A stretch of 64,000 nt of DNA from an uncultured virus (IMG/VR IMGVR_UViG_3300042478_001433) (Duplodnaviria; Heunggongvirae; Uroviricota; Caudoviricetes). The DNA is taken from the IMG/VR virus record IMGVR_UViG_3300042478_001433; one strand, written 5' to 3'. Each line of letters begins with the position of its first letter. The stretch's first letter is position 1. The notes beneath the pieces are model-generated. The model did no database searches and was not told the DNA's origin. It saw only the letters and a program-made list of their open reading frames with translations. The translations under genes and the position numbers were made by a program. Below are positions 28,901-37,626 of the stretch, piece after piece.

Positions 28901-30141
28901 CTCCTAATGTGCAAAACGCTTTCAGGGGTGAACAGGTCCTGTTGAGCTGGGATCCCGTGCAGGGCAGCCTTGAAACGGCCTACTACAAAGTGCTCAGGGG
29001 CAGCACCTTTGCATCAGCTACCACATTGGCTGAAATCAAATCCACTGCCTACAGCCTGAAGGTTGATTGGACCGGCACGCAGCGATTCTGGGTAGCGGCA
29101 GTTGACGTTATTGGCAACCAGGGCCCCGAGCAATTCCAAGACGTGGTGGTCACGTCGCCATCGGCACCTGTGATCAGCCAGCAAGTGATTGACAACAACG
29201 TGTTGCTGCGCTGGACCGACTCCACGCAAACGCTGCCCATCGTCTATTACGAACTGCGCCGCGGCACCACCTACGCAAGCGGCACCTCGGTCGGCACCAA
29301 GCAGGGGCTGTTCACCACGGTATTTGAGACCGTCTCTGGCACCTACACCTACTGGCTGGCGGGCATTGACAGTGCAGGCAACGTTGGCACCCCGGCCAGC
29401 GTCTCCGCCCTCGTTAACCAGCCTCCGGATTACATCCTGCGCTCGGACATCAACAGCACCTTTAGCGGCACCTCCACCAACCTGACGCCCAATGGCACGG
29501 GCCTGCTGGCAACGGTAGATACGACAGAAACTTGGCAGTCGCACTTCACCTCCCGCGGCTGGAGCACACTGCAGGACCAAGTGAGCGCTGGCTTCACCAT
29601 CTACGCCATGCCGTCTACCACCACCGGCAGCTACGTCGAGGAGTTCGACTACAGCACCGTGCTGGCTGGCACGAAAATCACCTCAACGCTCACGCGTCAG
29701 ACGGTGGCCGGTTCTGTGACGGTAACCCCAACGCTCAGCGTAAAAACCGCATCTGGCGACCCTTGGACCGACTACGCAAACCAAGAGTCCATCTATGCCA
29801 CCAACTTCCGCTACGTGAAGGTCCGTTACGACTTCACCAGCACAGGCGGCGATGACCTGCTGCAGCTCAGTGGACTGAACGTCCGCCTCGACATCAAGAT
29901 CAAGAACGACATGGGCAATGGCACGGCAAACTCTGCGGATACTGGTGGAACGACGGTCAACTTCAATGTGCCGTTTGTGGACATTGAAAGCATTGGTGTC
30001 ACACCAAGCGGAACGACGCCCAGAATCGCGATCTATGATTTTGTGGACGTCGCCAATCCCACCAGCTTCAAGGTGCTGCTGTTCGACACTGCGGGCAACC
30101 GTGTGAGCGGCGCCTTCAGCTGGCAAGCCCGAGGAAGCTAA
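25918..30141 (+). CDS. Central tail fibre/host specificity protein, lambda gpJ-like
   Basis: DLISEGEIQGL, WCSDPAWIL and EPRFSCN motifs, then several FnIII-like repeats. Confidence 0.9.
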   Translation: MKRIGGSGGGGGGGKGRSSGGGPQTYTPTEAADTLNSRQYANLIDLISEGEIQGLKDGHKSIFINNTPLQNQDNSYNFNNVTVWTRNGTQNQDYIPTVDAVENEVAVGVTVLQATPVVRSITDTAVDAVRVTINIPALQRITDQGDIVGSVFRFQISTQYSSGGYTVVVDDVIRGRTADLYQRDYLITLTGSKPVNIKVTRVTDDNSEQDAPGGESAKITNAFSWSSYTELTYAKLRYPNSALVAVRIDAEQFNSIPSRTYLVRGIKVRIPNNATVDSVTGRLIYAGIWNGSFNAAQWCSDPAWILWDLLTSRYGFGQHISAAQLDKFAFYSASQYCAELVPDGFGGQEPRFSCNINIQTQEDAYKLINDMCSVFRAMPYWSTGALTISQDRPADSAYLFTLANVSEEGFSYSGSSLKTRPNVAVVSYLDLELRDVAYEVVEDQTSISKYGAITTEISAFACTSRGQAGRIGEWLLYSEQYEGEVISFSASIDAGVMVRPGQIIEVSDPVRAGARRGGRIASATTTAITVDDATGLTSSGATLSVILPDGTVAARSVASIAGKVINLTSALPTAPNANSIWILETASIQTSTWRVISVAEQDQATYQISALAYNSSKYAYVERGRPLEVRDITDLNEIPDAPASLSFEEALYSYQNQIRAKVIVSWPAVLGIAQYRVKWRKDSANWAVVDVLTNDYEILDITPGLFEVQVFSMSAALKLSTTAATGSITALGKTAPPSNVTGFSSILDGNIGATLIWNPVPDLDLSEYEIRQGTVWASATFVTNVAATSYKLGQLAPGTRSYMIRAIDTSGVYSAAAASTTVTITSPSTPSVTATVAGDLVTLSWPASTASYAIAAYVVRSSAGAIGEIKTTTTSLPIIWNGVRTFYVKAVDLAGNESAEGSAAVTITQAAAPTVSVSYTGQNAVLTWSEVNGTTKTRFYRIARNDATVAILQSTNYTTRIDWTGSQTFTVQAVDANNNLGAAATVAIGPTVPPAPNVQNAFRGEQVLLSWDPVQGSLETAYYKVLRGSTFASATTLAEIKSTAYSLKVDWTGTQRFWVAAVDVIGNQGPEQFQDVVVTSPSAPVISQQVIDNNVLLRWTDSTQTLPIVYYELRRGTTYASGTSVGTKQGLFTTVFETVSGTYTYWLAGIDSAGNVGTPASVSALVNQPPDYILRSDINSTFSGTSTNLTPNGTGLLATVDTTETWQSHFTSRGWSTLQDQVSAGFTIYAMPSTTTGSYVEEFDYSTVLAGTKITSTLTRQTVAGSVTVTPTLSVKTASGDPWTDYANQESIYATNFRYVKVRYDFTSTGGDDLLQLSGLNVRLDIKIKNDMGNGTANSADTGGTTVNFNVPFVDIESIGVTPSGTTPRIAIYDFVDVANPTSFKVLLFDTAGNRVSGAFSWQARGS

Positions 30142-30144
30142 GCC

Positions 30145-32403
30145 ATGGCCAACTGGTCCAATCCGCTGCTAACCAGCACGTACACCAACTTCGTGACGGA
30201 AATAAAGGACCGTGACACGGACCTGGCGCTGCAGTTTGACGGCACAACCAGTAGCAACATCCCCACAAACGCCATCCGCTGGAACAGCTCGGTCAACCGC
30301 TGGCAGAAGTGGAACGGCAGCAGCTGGGCAGAGCTAACCAGCACCTATGCGCTAACTGGTCTCAGCACCACCAGCAATGCCACCATTGGCGGCACATTGG
30401 GTTCTGGGGCGATCACCAGCACGGGCAGCGTCACAGGCACGGCGCTGATCCCCAGCGGCAGCTCGGCGCCAACCAACGGGCTCTACTTGGCGGGCAGCAA
30501 CATAATTGGCTTGGCCACGAACAGCGCGGGCCGGGTGTTCATCGATGCTGCTGGCGAGGTGGGCATCGGCACCGCCACGCCAGGAACATGCCTTGATGTC
30601 ACGCTGGCAACTGCAAGCGCAACGGTCGGCAACATTCGTATTGCCCCAAGTTCTGCCGGCCAAGCTCGCTACCACCTATTTAACGGCGGCGGTATTGCTG
30701 AATGGTTGTTTGGTCAAAAAACAGGATCCAGTCATAACTTCATCCTGAGCAAAAGCGTCGCGGGTTCAGAGTCTGATTACCTGACAGTTGACACCGCTGG
30801 TCGCGTTGGCATCGGTACGCTGTCGCCGGCCAGCGGGCTGCATGTGCTGGAAGACGGCAACGCGCAGATCAACATCAGCGCAACAAATGCTGGGAGCAAT
30901 AGCGCCGGCATTTCATTTGAGAATCAAGGACAACGCAATTGGCAGATCTGGGCTGATCGCGCAACAGACCAGTTCAGGATTGGCAACAACAGCCGAGGAT
31001 CAACAAACCTTGCAATTAACAGTTCTGGCAACCTCGGCCTAGGGACGACTGCCCCTTATAGCCGCTTCACTGTTGTCCCGTCATCCACGCCTTCAACTCC
31101 GGCAACGGCCAATCAAATCACCGTTGGCGAGTCATCTGGGAATGGCGCCTATCGATTGCAGCTCGGGTATCTCTACGACACGCTGGGTCGCGGCTCCATC
31201 CAGGCTTATGACAACGGCAACGCAAGCCCCCTAATACTCAATGGCGCGGGTGGAAACGTAGGAATCGGGACGAGTAGTCCTAGTTACATACTGGATCTCA
31301 ACAGTGGAGGAGCAACTCCCGCACAGATTGGTACAACAGTAAACTGGAATTTCCCTGGTTTTATATTGCGGCGCAACGCTTCAAATGTATCAACAGCAAA
31401 AATGCTGAGCATGATGCTGCAAGGTGATACGGATAGTGACACTACTCTTACTAACCACCTCAATATCTGGGGCACTTATAGCGCAGCTCCAACTACTGGC
31501 TCAACAACTGCTGGACTTAGCGGTGTCTTGAACATTGGCGCGCCGTCTGGCATTGCAGCGCATGTCAACGGAAGCCAGCGCTGGATCGTCACCTCAGCCG
31601 GCCGCTTTGGCTTGGGTACCACAGCCCCTGGAACAAGCTTCGATGTTGCGCTGGCTGCACCTTCGGCCACGATTGGCAACATCCGCATTACGCCAAGTTC
31701 TCCTGGCCAGGCCCGGTATCACCTCTACAACGGAGGAGCCACAGCTGAGTGGGTGTTTGGCCAAGCCACTAGCACCAGCCACGACTTCACCTTCAGCAAG
31801 TCCGTTGGCGGCAGTGAAAGCGAGTACCTGCGCATCGGCGCCTCCGGCCAGATCGGCATCGGCGGCGCCAACTACGGCACCAGCGGCCAAGTGCTCACCA
31901 GCAACGGCTCCGGTGCGTCGCCGTCGTGGACCACTGTTACCGCACTGACCGCTGGCACTGCCGTAAGTGCGACAGGCACTGCCGTTGATTTCACCGGCAT
32001 TCCATCATCGGCAAAGCGCATCACCGTGATGATCGACGCCGTGAGCACGGATGCCACTGCCACACTCGCAGTTCAGCTAGGAGATAGTGGCGGCATTGAA
32101 ACTTCTGGCTATACCGGAGGCCTTGCATGGACAGGTCCAAACACAGGCAGCAGCGGATCGGCCAGCACATTCCCACTTGCTGTAGGAGCCGCGAGTGATA
32201 CCGTTTCTGGTCACGCTGTTATTACTAAAGTTTCTGGCAACACATGGGTACTATCCAGCACAGTAGCCCGTGACAATGATGACCTTGTATTTATCAGCGG
32301 TGGATCAAAAGGCCTCTCTGCAACATTGGATCGCATCCGCATTACCACAACAGGCGGCAGCGCATCCTTTGACGCAGGCACTGTGAACATTCTGTATGAG
32401 TGA
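30145..32403 (+). CDS. Tail fibre protein with repeated G(N/R)VGIGT modules
   Basis: Gly/Ser/Thr-rich; YGTSGQVLTSNGSG motif; internal duplication. Confidence 0.8.
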   Translation: MANWSNPLLTSTYTNFVTEIKDRDTDLALQFDGTTSSNIPTNAIRWNSSVNRWQKWNGSSWAELTSTYALTGLSTTSNATIGGTLGSGAITSTGSVTGTALIPSGSSAPTNGLYLAGSNIIGLATNSAGRVFIDAAGEVGIGTATPGTCLDVTLATASATVGNIRIAPSSAGQARYHLFNGGGIAEWLFGQKTGSSHNFILSKSVAGSESDYLTVDTAGRVGIGTLSPASGLHVLEDGNAQINISATNAGSNSAGISFENQGQRNWQIWADRATDQFRIGNNSRGSTNLAINSSGNLGLGTTAPYSRFTVVPSSTPSTPATANQITVGESSGNGAYRLQLGYLYDTLGRGSIQAYDNGNASPLILNGAGGNVGIGTSSPSYILDLNSGGATPAQIGTTVNWNFPGFILRRNASNVSTAKMLSMMLQGDTDSDTTLTNHLNIWGTYSAAPTTGSTTAGLSGVLNIGAPSGIAAHVNGSQRWIVTSAGRFGLGTTAPGTSFDVALAAPSATIGNIRITPSSPGQARYHLYNGGATAEWVFGQATSTSHDFTFSKSVGGSESEYLRIGASGQIGIGGANYGTSGQVLTSNGSGASPSWTTVTALTAGTAVSATGTAVDFTGIPSSAKRITVMIDAVSTDATATLAVQLGDSGGIETSGYTGGLAWTGPNTGSSGSASTFPLAVGAASDTVSGHAVITKVSGNTWVLSSTVARDNDDLVFISGGSKGLSATLDRIRITTTGGSASFDAGTVNILYE

Positions 32404-32451
32404 TGTTGTCTATCCGGCAGCAGCTACACTTTCACCATCTAACCCCACTCC

Positions 32452-32607
32452 ATGCCCGAGTCCAAGCAAAAGCTGGTTGAGCTGATCGAGGCTTACGCCA
32501 CCGCAAAAGCCACCGGCAATGCCCTACTGGTCCAGTCCGCTGGCGCCACGTTGGTCGGCTACCTAGAAAGCGTTGAGATCACCGAATCCGAGCAAACCGA
32601 TGACTGA
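32452..32607 (+). CDS. Small hypothetical protein (MPESKQKLVELIEAYA...)
   Basis: 51-aa ORF translated by hand; stop overlaps the next start. Confidence 0.6.
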   Translation: MPESKQKLVELIEAYATAKATGNALLVQSAGATLVGYLESVEITESEQTDD

Positions 32608-32920
32608 CATCACCTACACCTGGGTCATTCCCCAGCTGGACTGCGCTCCCCACGAAAACGGCCTAGACGACGTGGTGAAGACGATCCACTGGCGTTACCA
32701 AGCCACCGACGGCGCCTACACCGCCGATTGCTACGGCACCGTTGGCGTGGGCGACGTGGACCCCGACGCTTTCACGCCCTATCCCGATCTAACCAAAGAT
32801 CAAATCGTCGAGTGGCTGGAAGCCAATCTGGACGTTGAATCGCTGGAGCAAGGGCTTGCAGCCGAGCTGGCCGACCTGGCCAATCCGCCGATCGTGTCGC
32901 CCGCCCTGCCATGGCAGTAA
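32600..32920 (+). CDS. Tail-fibre-associated protein (possible chaperone)
   Basis: Acidic; YTWVIPQLD...VVKTIHW...FTPYPDLT; position. Confidence 0.6.
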   Translation: MTDITYTWVIPQLDCAPHENGLDDVVKTIHWRYQATDGAYTADCYGTVGVGDVDPDAFTPYPDLTKDQIVEWLEANLDVESLEQGLAAELADLANPPIVSPALPWQ

Positions 32921-33047
32921 AAGCGAAAGCCGGTCTTTCTGGCACCATCCGCAAGGAATCGGTGCCCAAGACCACCAGCATTGGTTACGGCGCCCGCAGT
33001 CGTCCCGGCGACGCGGGAAGAAACCCCTTAAAGGCCAAGGACGCTAA
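32911..33047 (+). pseudogene. Small basic protein gene with apparent 1-bp frameshift
   Basis: MAVKAKAG...GARSRP continues in the -1 frame as RRRGKKPLKGQGR* if one C is added at 33004-33006. Confidence 0.5.
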
Positions 33048-33056
33048 GCTGAAGTT

Positions 33057-33395
33057 ATGGCTATCTCGCCCGGCACTTACAACATCAGCCTGCAGCGCCG
33101 GGCGGACTACAGCATCACGCTGCAGTTCAAAGACAGCACTGACGCAGCAATCAACTTGACCGGCTGGACTGTCGCCGCCCAAGCCTGGAACCAAGCCCGC
33201 ACCAGCAAATACGCCGACTTTACGGTTACCTACACAAACCGCGCTACTGGTACCGTCGCCATCGCCCTGACCGACGACCAGACAACAATCTTTCCCAACG
33301 AGGCGTACTACGACGTTCTGCTGACCAACCCCTCCGGCCTAAGGGAGTATTACCTCGAGGGCGCTATTTACGTGTCCGAGGGTTACACCGCATGA
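33057..33395 (+). CDS. Putative virion structural protein
   Basis: INLTGWTVAAQ...YYDVLLT..G..EYYLEG pattern. Confidence 0.65.
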   Translation: MAISPGTYNISLQRRADYSITLQFKDSTDAAINLTGWTVAAQAWNQARTSKYADFTVTYTNRATGTVAIALTDDQTTIFPNEAYYDVLLTNPSGLREYYLEGAIYVSEGYTA

Positions 33396-33724
33396 CCACT
33401 GTCAACGTCAGCGCTGTAACCAATACCGTCACCGTTACCGAAAACGGCAGTAGCACCGTAGTTACGGTTCCCGTAACTTCCACGGTCACTGCAATCACCG
33501 TCGGGCCTCAAGGTCCACAAGGTGTTGTTGGCGCTGGCTACGACTTCATCCAATCCAGCTCTGCATCTACCTGGACCATCAACCACAACCTCGGCTATAA
33601 GCCCAGCGTTGATGTGTACGACAGTGGCAGCCAGCAGATCCAGGCTGAGGTTTCGCATCCCAGCACTAACCAGACGGTTATCCTATTGACAGCACCTACC
33701 GCCGGCTTTGCGAGGCTGACTTGA
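33392..33724 (+). CDS. Putative virion protein with a short collagen motif
   Basis: GPQGPQG, then WTINHNLG. Confidence 0.65.
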   Translation: MTTVNVSAVTNTVTVTENGSSTVVTVPVTSTVTAITVGPQGPQGVVGAGYDFIQSSSASTWTINHNLGYKPSVDVYDSGSQQIQAEVSHPSTNQTVILLTAPTAGFARLT

Positions 33725-33725
33725 A

Positions 33726-34517
33726 ATGGCCAAGAAGATCTTTACAGACTTCGACTTTCAATCAGTTAGCAAGGTCACCAACCTCCCATCGCCAAGTTCA
33801 GCTGGCGACGCCGCACCCAAGTCCTACGTTGACAGTTTGGTCGAAGGGCTTGCCTGGAAGGACAGCTGCCGCGTCTCCACCCAGGCCAACCTCGACCTGA
33901 GCAACCCTGGCGCCACCATCGACGGCATCACGATGGCTAGCCAAGATCGCGTGCTGGTACGGGCGCAATCCACGGCATCCGAGAACGGCATTTATGTGTG
34001 GAACGGCTCTGCCGTAGCGCTAACCCGCTCGCTGGATGCAAGCACCTTCGCCGAGCTGGAGCAGGCGGTCACCACCGTCGAGGAAGGCACCAGCGCTGCT
34101 ACAACATGGCGCCAAGATCAAATCAACGGCACCATTGGCAGCAGCTCAATCAGCTGGGTTGCATTTGGTACGTCGGCACCGTCCGCCAGTGAATCCACTG
34201 CTGGCATCGCCGAGTTGGCAACGCAAGCCGAAACCGACACTGGCACTGACGACGCCCGCATCGTCACCCCACTCAAGCTGGCCAACTGGTCCGGCCGCCT
34301 GCGCAAGGTATCCAGCAACGTAGGCGATGGCAGCGCCACCAGCTATACCGTGACTCACAACCTGAACACTCGCGACGTACTCGTCCGCGTATTCCCCAAC
34401 AGCGGCCAGTACGACGACGTGGAAGTAGACGTGCAACGCACAGGCGTAAACACCGTGGCTGTGGTGTTTGCCACCGCCCCTGCCTCTAACGCCTACCGCG
34501 TAGTGGTGCTTGGCTGA
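33726..34517 (+). CDS. Putative virion fibre protein
   Basis: DAAPKSYVD, DRVLVRAQ..SENGIYV, ELATQAE and THNLNTRDV motifs. Confidence 0.7.
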   Translation: MAKKIFTDFDFQSVSKVTNLPSPSSAGDAAPKSYVDSLVEGLAWKDSCRVSTQANLDLSNPGATIDGITMASQDRVLVRAQSTASENGIYVWNGSAVALTRSLDASTFAELEQAVTTVEEGTSAATTWRQDQINGTIGSSSISWVAFGTSAPSASESTAGIAELATQAETDTGTDDARIVTPLKLANWSGRLRKVSSNVGDGSATSYTVTHNLNTRDVLVRVFPNSGQYDDVEVDVQRTGVNTVAVVFATAPASNAYRVVVLG

Positions 34518-35188
34518 TGAGCCGTAACTTTCTCACACCCATTGTCCTGCCTGCTGGCACGACATCAAACGCACCGCTCAACCTGCAATCAGGCACCAAC
34601 CTGACGACAGCAGCAGCTGGCGCTGTCGAGTTTGATGGCAAGGTGCTTTACACCACGCCAGTCAGCCGTGGCGTGTCGCCATCGATGATGTTCTATCGGT
34701 TAAATAGTAACTATGCCGGGGCAAATAGTTCTACGGCGCAGTCGCTGTTCAATGTTGGCGTTTCACTAGATGCGGGCACTGTTTACGCCTTTACGTCTGA
34801 CTTTTTGCTTTCAAGAACAGCGGGCACAACAAGCCACACACTTGGAATACTGTTTGGCGGCACCGCTACTCTTAACAACATTTTTTACACTGCCTATGTG
34901 ACAGGAGCCACTGTTGCCCCTCCAACCGTTGGCACAGGCACTACATCTGCTGCTCATATTACTGTTGCGACGATTGCAAACCTTACATCAGCAACCGCCC
35001 TATCTACAATTCAATATGGATACACTTATTATGGCACGGTAAGCATTGATGCAGGCGGCACTTTTGTTCCCCAGTACAAGCTTTCAGCGGCTCCGGGTGG
35101 GGCCTATTCCACAATCGCGGGGTCTTTTTTTGCCATCTGGCCCATCGGCGCAGCTGGTGCCAACACCTCCGTGGGGCCTTGGGCTTGA
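34517..35188 (+). CDS. Putative virion fibre/receptor-binding protein
   Basis: GAVEFDG motif; Thr/Ala-rich; coupled by TGATG. Confidence 0.6.
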   Translation: MSRNFLTPIVLPAGTTSNAPLNLQSGTNLTTAAAGAVEFDGKVLYTTPVSRGVSPSMMFYRLNSNYAGANSSTAQSLFNVGVSLDAGTVYAFTSDFLLSRTAGTTSHTLGILFGGTATLNNIFYTAYVTGATVAPPTVGTGTTSAAHITVATIANLTSATALSTIQYGYTYYGTVSIDAGGTFVPQYKLSAAPGGAYSTIAGSFFAIWPIGAAGANTSVGPWA

Positions 35189-35232
35189 GCACTGAGCAGC
35201 CGCTAGGCTACTACTGAGGCGTAATTGTTCCC

Positions 35233-35499
35233 ATGCCACCAGCCGACGATGTCTCGCATGGAGACATTTACCACAAGCTTGGATCGCTCGAAGGCAAGCT
35301 CGAGACCGTGCTGATCCAGCTCAGCGAAAAACGCGGCGACATGGCTGCTGCGTTCTCCCGACTCCGCGAAATCGAAACCCGCGTCGCCATTGGCGTCGGC
35401 CTCGCCATCGGCTTGAGCTTCCTCATCCCGTTCGCAATCAACGCAGCAGCACCCAAACTGCACTTTGAACACAGCCCATCTACTCAGGTTGGCAAGTAG
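35233..35499 (+). CDS. Coiled-coil plus single-TM protein of the lysis region
   Basis: Hydrophobic VAIGVGLAIGLSFLIPF segment. Confidence 0.6.
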   Translation: MPPADDVSHGDIYHKLGSLEGKLETVLIQLSEKRGDMAAAFSRLREIETRVAIGVGLAIGLSFLIPFAINAAAPKLHFEHSPSTQVGK

Positions 35500-35523
35500 T
35501 CTTAAGACACCGATCTAAGCACA

Positions 35524-35664
35524 ATGAGCCCCGAGACTGCCGCCATCATCGCCATCGTCATCGCTGCTGGCAGCGAGATCATCGCGATCAGCCCGCTCAA
35601 GTCCAATAGCTGGATTCAGCTGCTGCTGCAGGCCGGGCGTCTGGTGTTCCCCAAGAACCGTTAA
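35524..35664 (+). CDS. Putative holin
   Basis: 46-aa hydrophobic MSPETAAIIAIVIAAGSEIIAISPLKSNSWIQLLL directly before the endolysin. Confidence 0.6.
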   Translation: MSPETAAIIAIVIAAGSEIIAISPLKSNSWIQLLLQAGRLVFPKNR

Positions 35665-35667
35665 TCA

Positions 35668-36717
35668 ATGAGCAACTTCCTCGCTGCCGCCAAGTGGACC
35701 GATAAGCAGGCGCCACAGCCACATCAAATTGCGGCGTGGAATACGGCATGGCAATGGCTCACCCTTGGGCAGCAGGCGGAATTCCTAGAAATGTTCCGTG
35801 CTGCACCGGTAATGCCTGCAGCGCCATGGCTTGAGCCAGCGCTCAAGGTCATCCGCGAATTTGAAGGCTTGCGGCTTGAGGCATACCGATGCCCAGCTGG
35901 CGTGCCAACCATCGGCTATGGCTCCACGCGGTTGATTGATGCACCAGTGCGCATGGGCGACAAGATCACGCAGCAGATGGCCGAGGAGCTGCTTTGCGAT
36001 CAAGTCGAAAACCTATTCGCCCCTGGCCTATTTGGCCTACTGCCTTTGATGAAGGCATGGAAACCCAATCAGCAAGCTGCGCTGGTGTCTTGGGCTTTCA
36101 ATGTAGGACTTGGTGCCGTAGAGGAGTCCACGTTGCGCAAGCGGCTGGCGGCTGGCGAGGCGCCCAGCGTAGTTGTGCCAGAGGAATTGCCCAAGTGGGA
36201 TAAAGCTGACGGCAAAACGCTAGAAGGGCTGGCGAGGCGCCGTGCCGCTGAGGTGCGGTTATTTACTGGCAATCTTGAGCATCAACAGCAACCGGCCAAG
36301 TTGACGCCATCTAGTTCGTTTGCATCGCGCATCACGCCACACATCACGCTAGGTGAATTCGCATTGAACCAAGAGGCGCGGCGCTTTGATGCGCAGCATC
36401 AAGTGAACACAGCGGCCGAGCTTGCTGCATTCATGGAGCGGGCACGGTCTGCATTTGGTGGCAAGCCTGTGATCATCACCAGCGGCTATCGGCCAGCGGC
36501 AATCAACCGATCAGTAGGTGGCGCCAGTAGCTCAGAGCACCTGTACAACGCGCCTAACGTGGGCGCCGTGGACTTTTACATCCAAGGCGTTGACATCAAT
36601 AAGCTGCAGGCATGGTGCGACAAGGAATGGCCGTATAGTCTTGGCTACGGCGCACCCAAGGGCTTTGTGCATCTTGGCATTCGCGCTGGCCGCCCTAAAG
36701 TCCGCTGGGATTATTGA
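35668..36717 (+). CDS. Endolysin: GH24 lysozyme + peptidase M15A
   Basis: EFEGLRLEAYRCPAGVPTIGYG...GLARRRAAE, then ITSGYR..N..VGGASSSEH..AVD..FVHLG. Confidence 0.9.
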   Translation: MSNFLAAAKWTDKQAPQPHQIAAWNTAWQWLTLGQQAEFLEMFRAAPVMPAAPWLEPALKVIREFEGLRLEAYRCPAGVPTIGYGSTRLIDAPVRMGDKITQQMAEELLCDQVENLFAPGLFGLLPLMKAWKPNQQAALVSWAFNVGLGAVEESTLRKRLAAGEAPSVVVPEELPKWDKADGKTLEGLARRRAAEVRLFTGNLEHQQQPAKLTPSSSFASRITPHITLGEFALNQEARRFDAQHQVNTAAELAAFMERARSAFGGKPVIITSGYRPAAINRSVGGASSSEHLYNAPNVGAVDFYIQGVDINKLQAWCDKEWPYSLGYGAPKGFVHLGIRAGRPKVRWDY

Positions 36718-37232
36718 TGATCATTCCTGACCACGAGATTTGCCGCCTGTGCAAGCAACATGCAATGGTGGTGCCGTATAACGCAGAACTGCAGAACCCA
36801 TCATCCCTTGATGTGCTGCTCGGCGACAACCTAATGGTGGAAGTGGAGCACACTGCAGACCTGCAATTGCTAAGCATTGCGCACCATACAGAGGCGGATC
36901 CTTACTGGCTGGCGCCTAGTGAGTTTGCGCTAGCTGAGACGCAGGAGTTTTTTAACCTGCCAGATCACATTGCCGCGCAGTTTGTACTGAAGTCCAGCCG
37001 CGCAAGGTCTGGCCTAGAGCACCTGCTTGCTGGATACTGTGACCCAGGCTGGCACGGCAGTCGGCTCACATTAGAACTACACAACAGCCGTCGTTATCAC
37101 AACATTGCATTGTGGCCCGGCATGAAGATTGGCCAGATGGTGTTTCATGCCATCGCTGGCACGCCAGAGCGCACCTATGCAGTAACCGGACGGTATAACA
37201 ACGATTCAATCGTCACTGCCTCGCGCGGATAA
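36717..37232 (+). CDS. dcd: dCTP deaminase
   Basis: NPSSLD, KSSRARSG, AGYCDPGWHG, TLEL and PGMKIGQM motifs. Confidence 0.9.
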   Translation: MIIPDHEICRLCKQHAMVVPYNAELQNPSSLDVLLGDNLMVEVEHTADLQLLSIAHHTEADPYWLAPSEFALAETQEFFNLPDHIAAQFVLKSSRARSGLEHLLAGYCDPGWHGSRLTLELHNSRRYHNIALWPGMKIGQMVFHAIAGTPERTYAVTGRYNNDSIVTASRG

Positions 37233-37370
37233 GTACATGTCACAAGCTTGCTGATAGTGCCACTGCGCCTGCCAGTCTTGCTTGTGCTCCTTTACCATTC
37301 CTGCATAAGTGACGCGCCATATATCGCCAACCTGCTCTAGTGTTGGCGGTAGCAGGTTGTTGTTAGTCAT
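37206..37370 (-). CDS. Small hypothetical protein (…WRVTYAGMVKEHKQDWQAQWHY)
   Basis: 54-aa ORF translated by hand; fills the gap between dcd and the next gene. Confidence 0.5.
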   Translation of the reverse strand: MTNNNLLPPTLEQVGDIWRVTYAGMVKEHKQDWQAQWHYQQACDMYLSARGSDD

Positions 37371-37626
37371 GTCTTGGGGCCAGTGGATGATTGTGGAACT
37401 ATCAGTAGAGGATCAACTACGGATAGAAGGGCAGGCAAGAGCTGCCCTTGCCCATGATGACCCTAGCCAAGTGGCACATTTATGCGCGTCGCTGATTCGT
37501 CAAAATGCGTATCAATCTAAGCTAATCCAGCAGGCAACTGGTCATATTGCCAAACTAGAAATGGAGCAGTTTTTAAGCTGCTCCAAACCAAAGCGATGGT
37601 GGCAGCGACTGCTACGCCACCAGTGA
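37369..37626 (+). CDS. Helical protein, candidate NblA-like
   Basis: ELSVEDQL...SQ...L...L.RQ spacing resembles NblA. Confidence 0.45.
   Translation: MSWGQWMIVELSVEDQLRIEGQARAALAHDDPSQVAHLCASLIRQNAYQSKLIQQATGHIAKLEMEQFLSCSKPKRWWQRLLRHQ

Noticed and set aside
30553..31860. Diversity-generating retroelement TR/VR pair in the tail fibre
   Set aside because: No reverse transcriptase in the window; differences between the repeats are not adenine-specific and both copies are in-frame coding.
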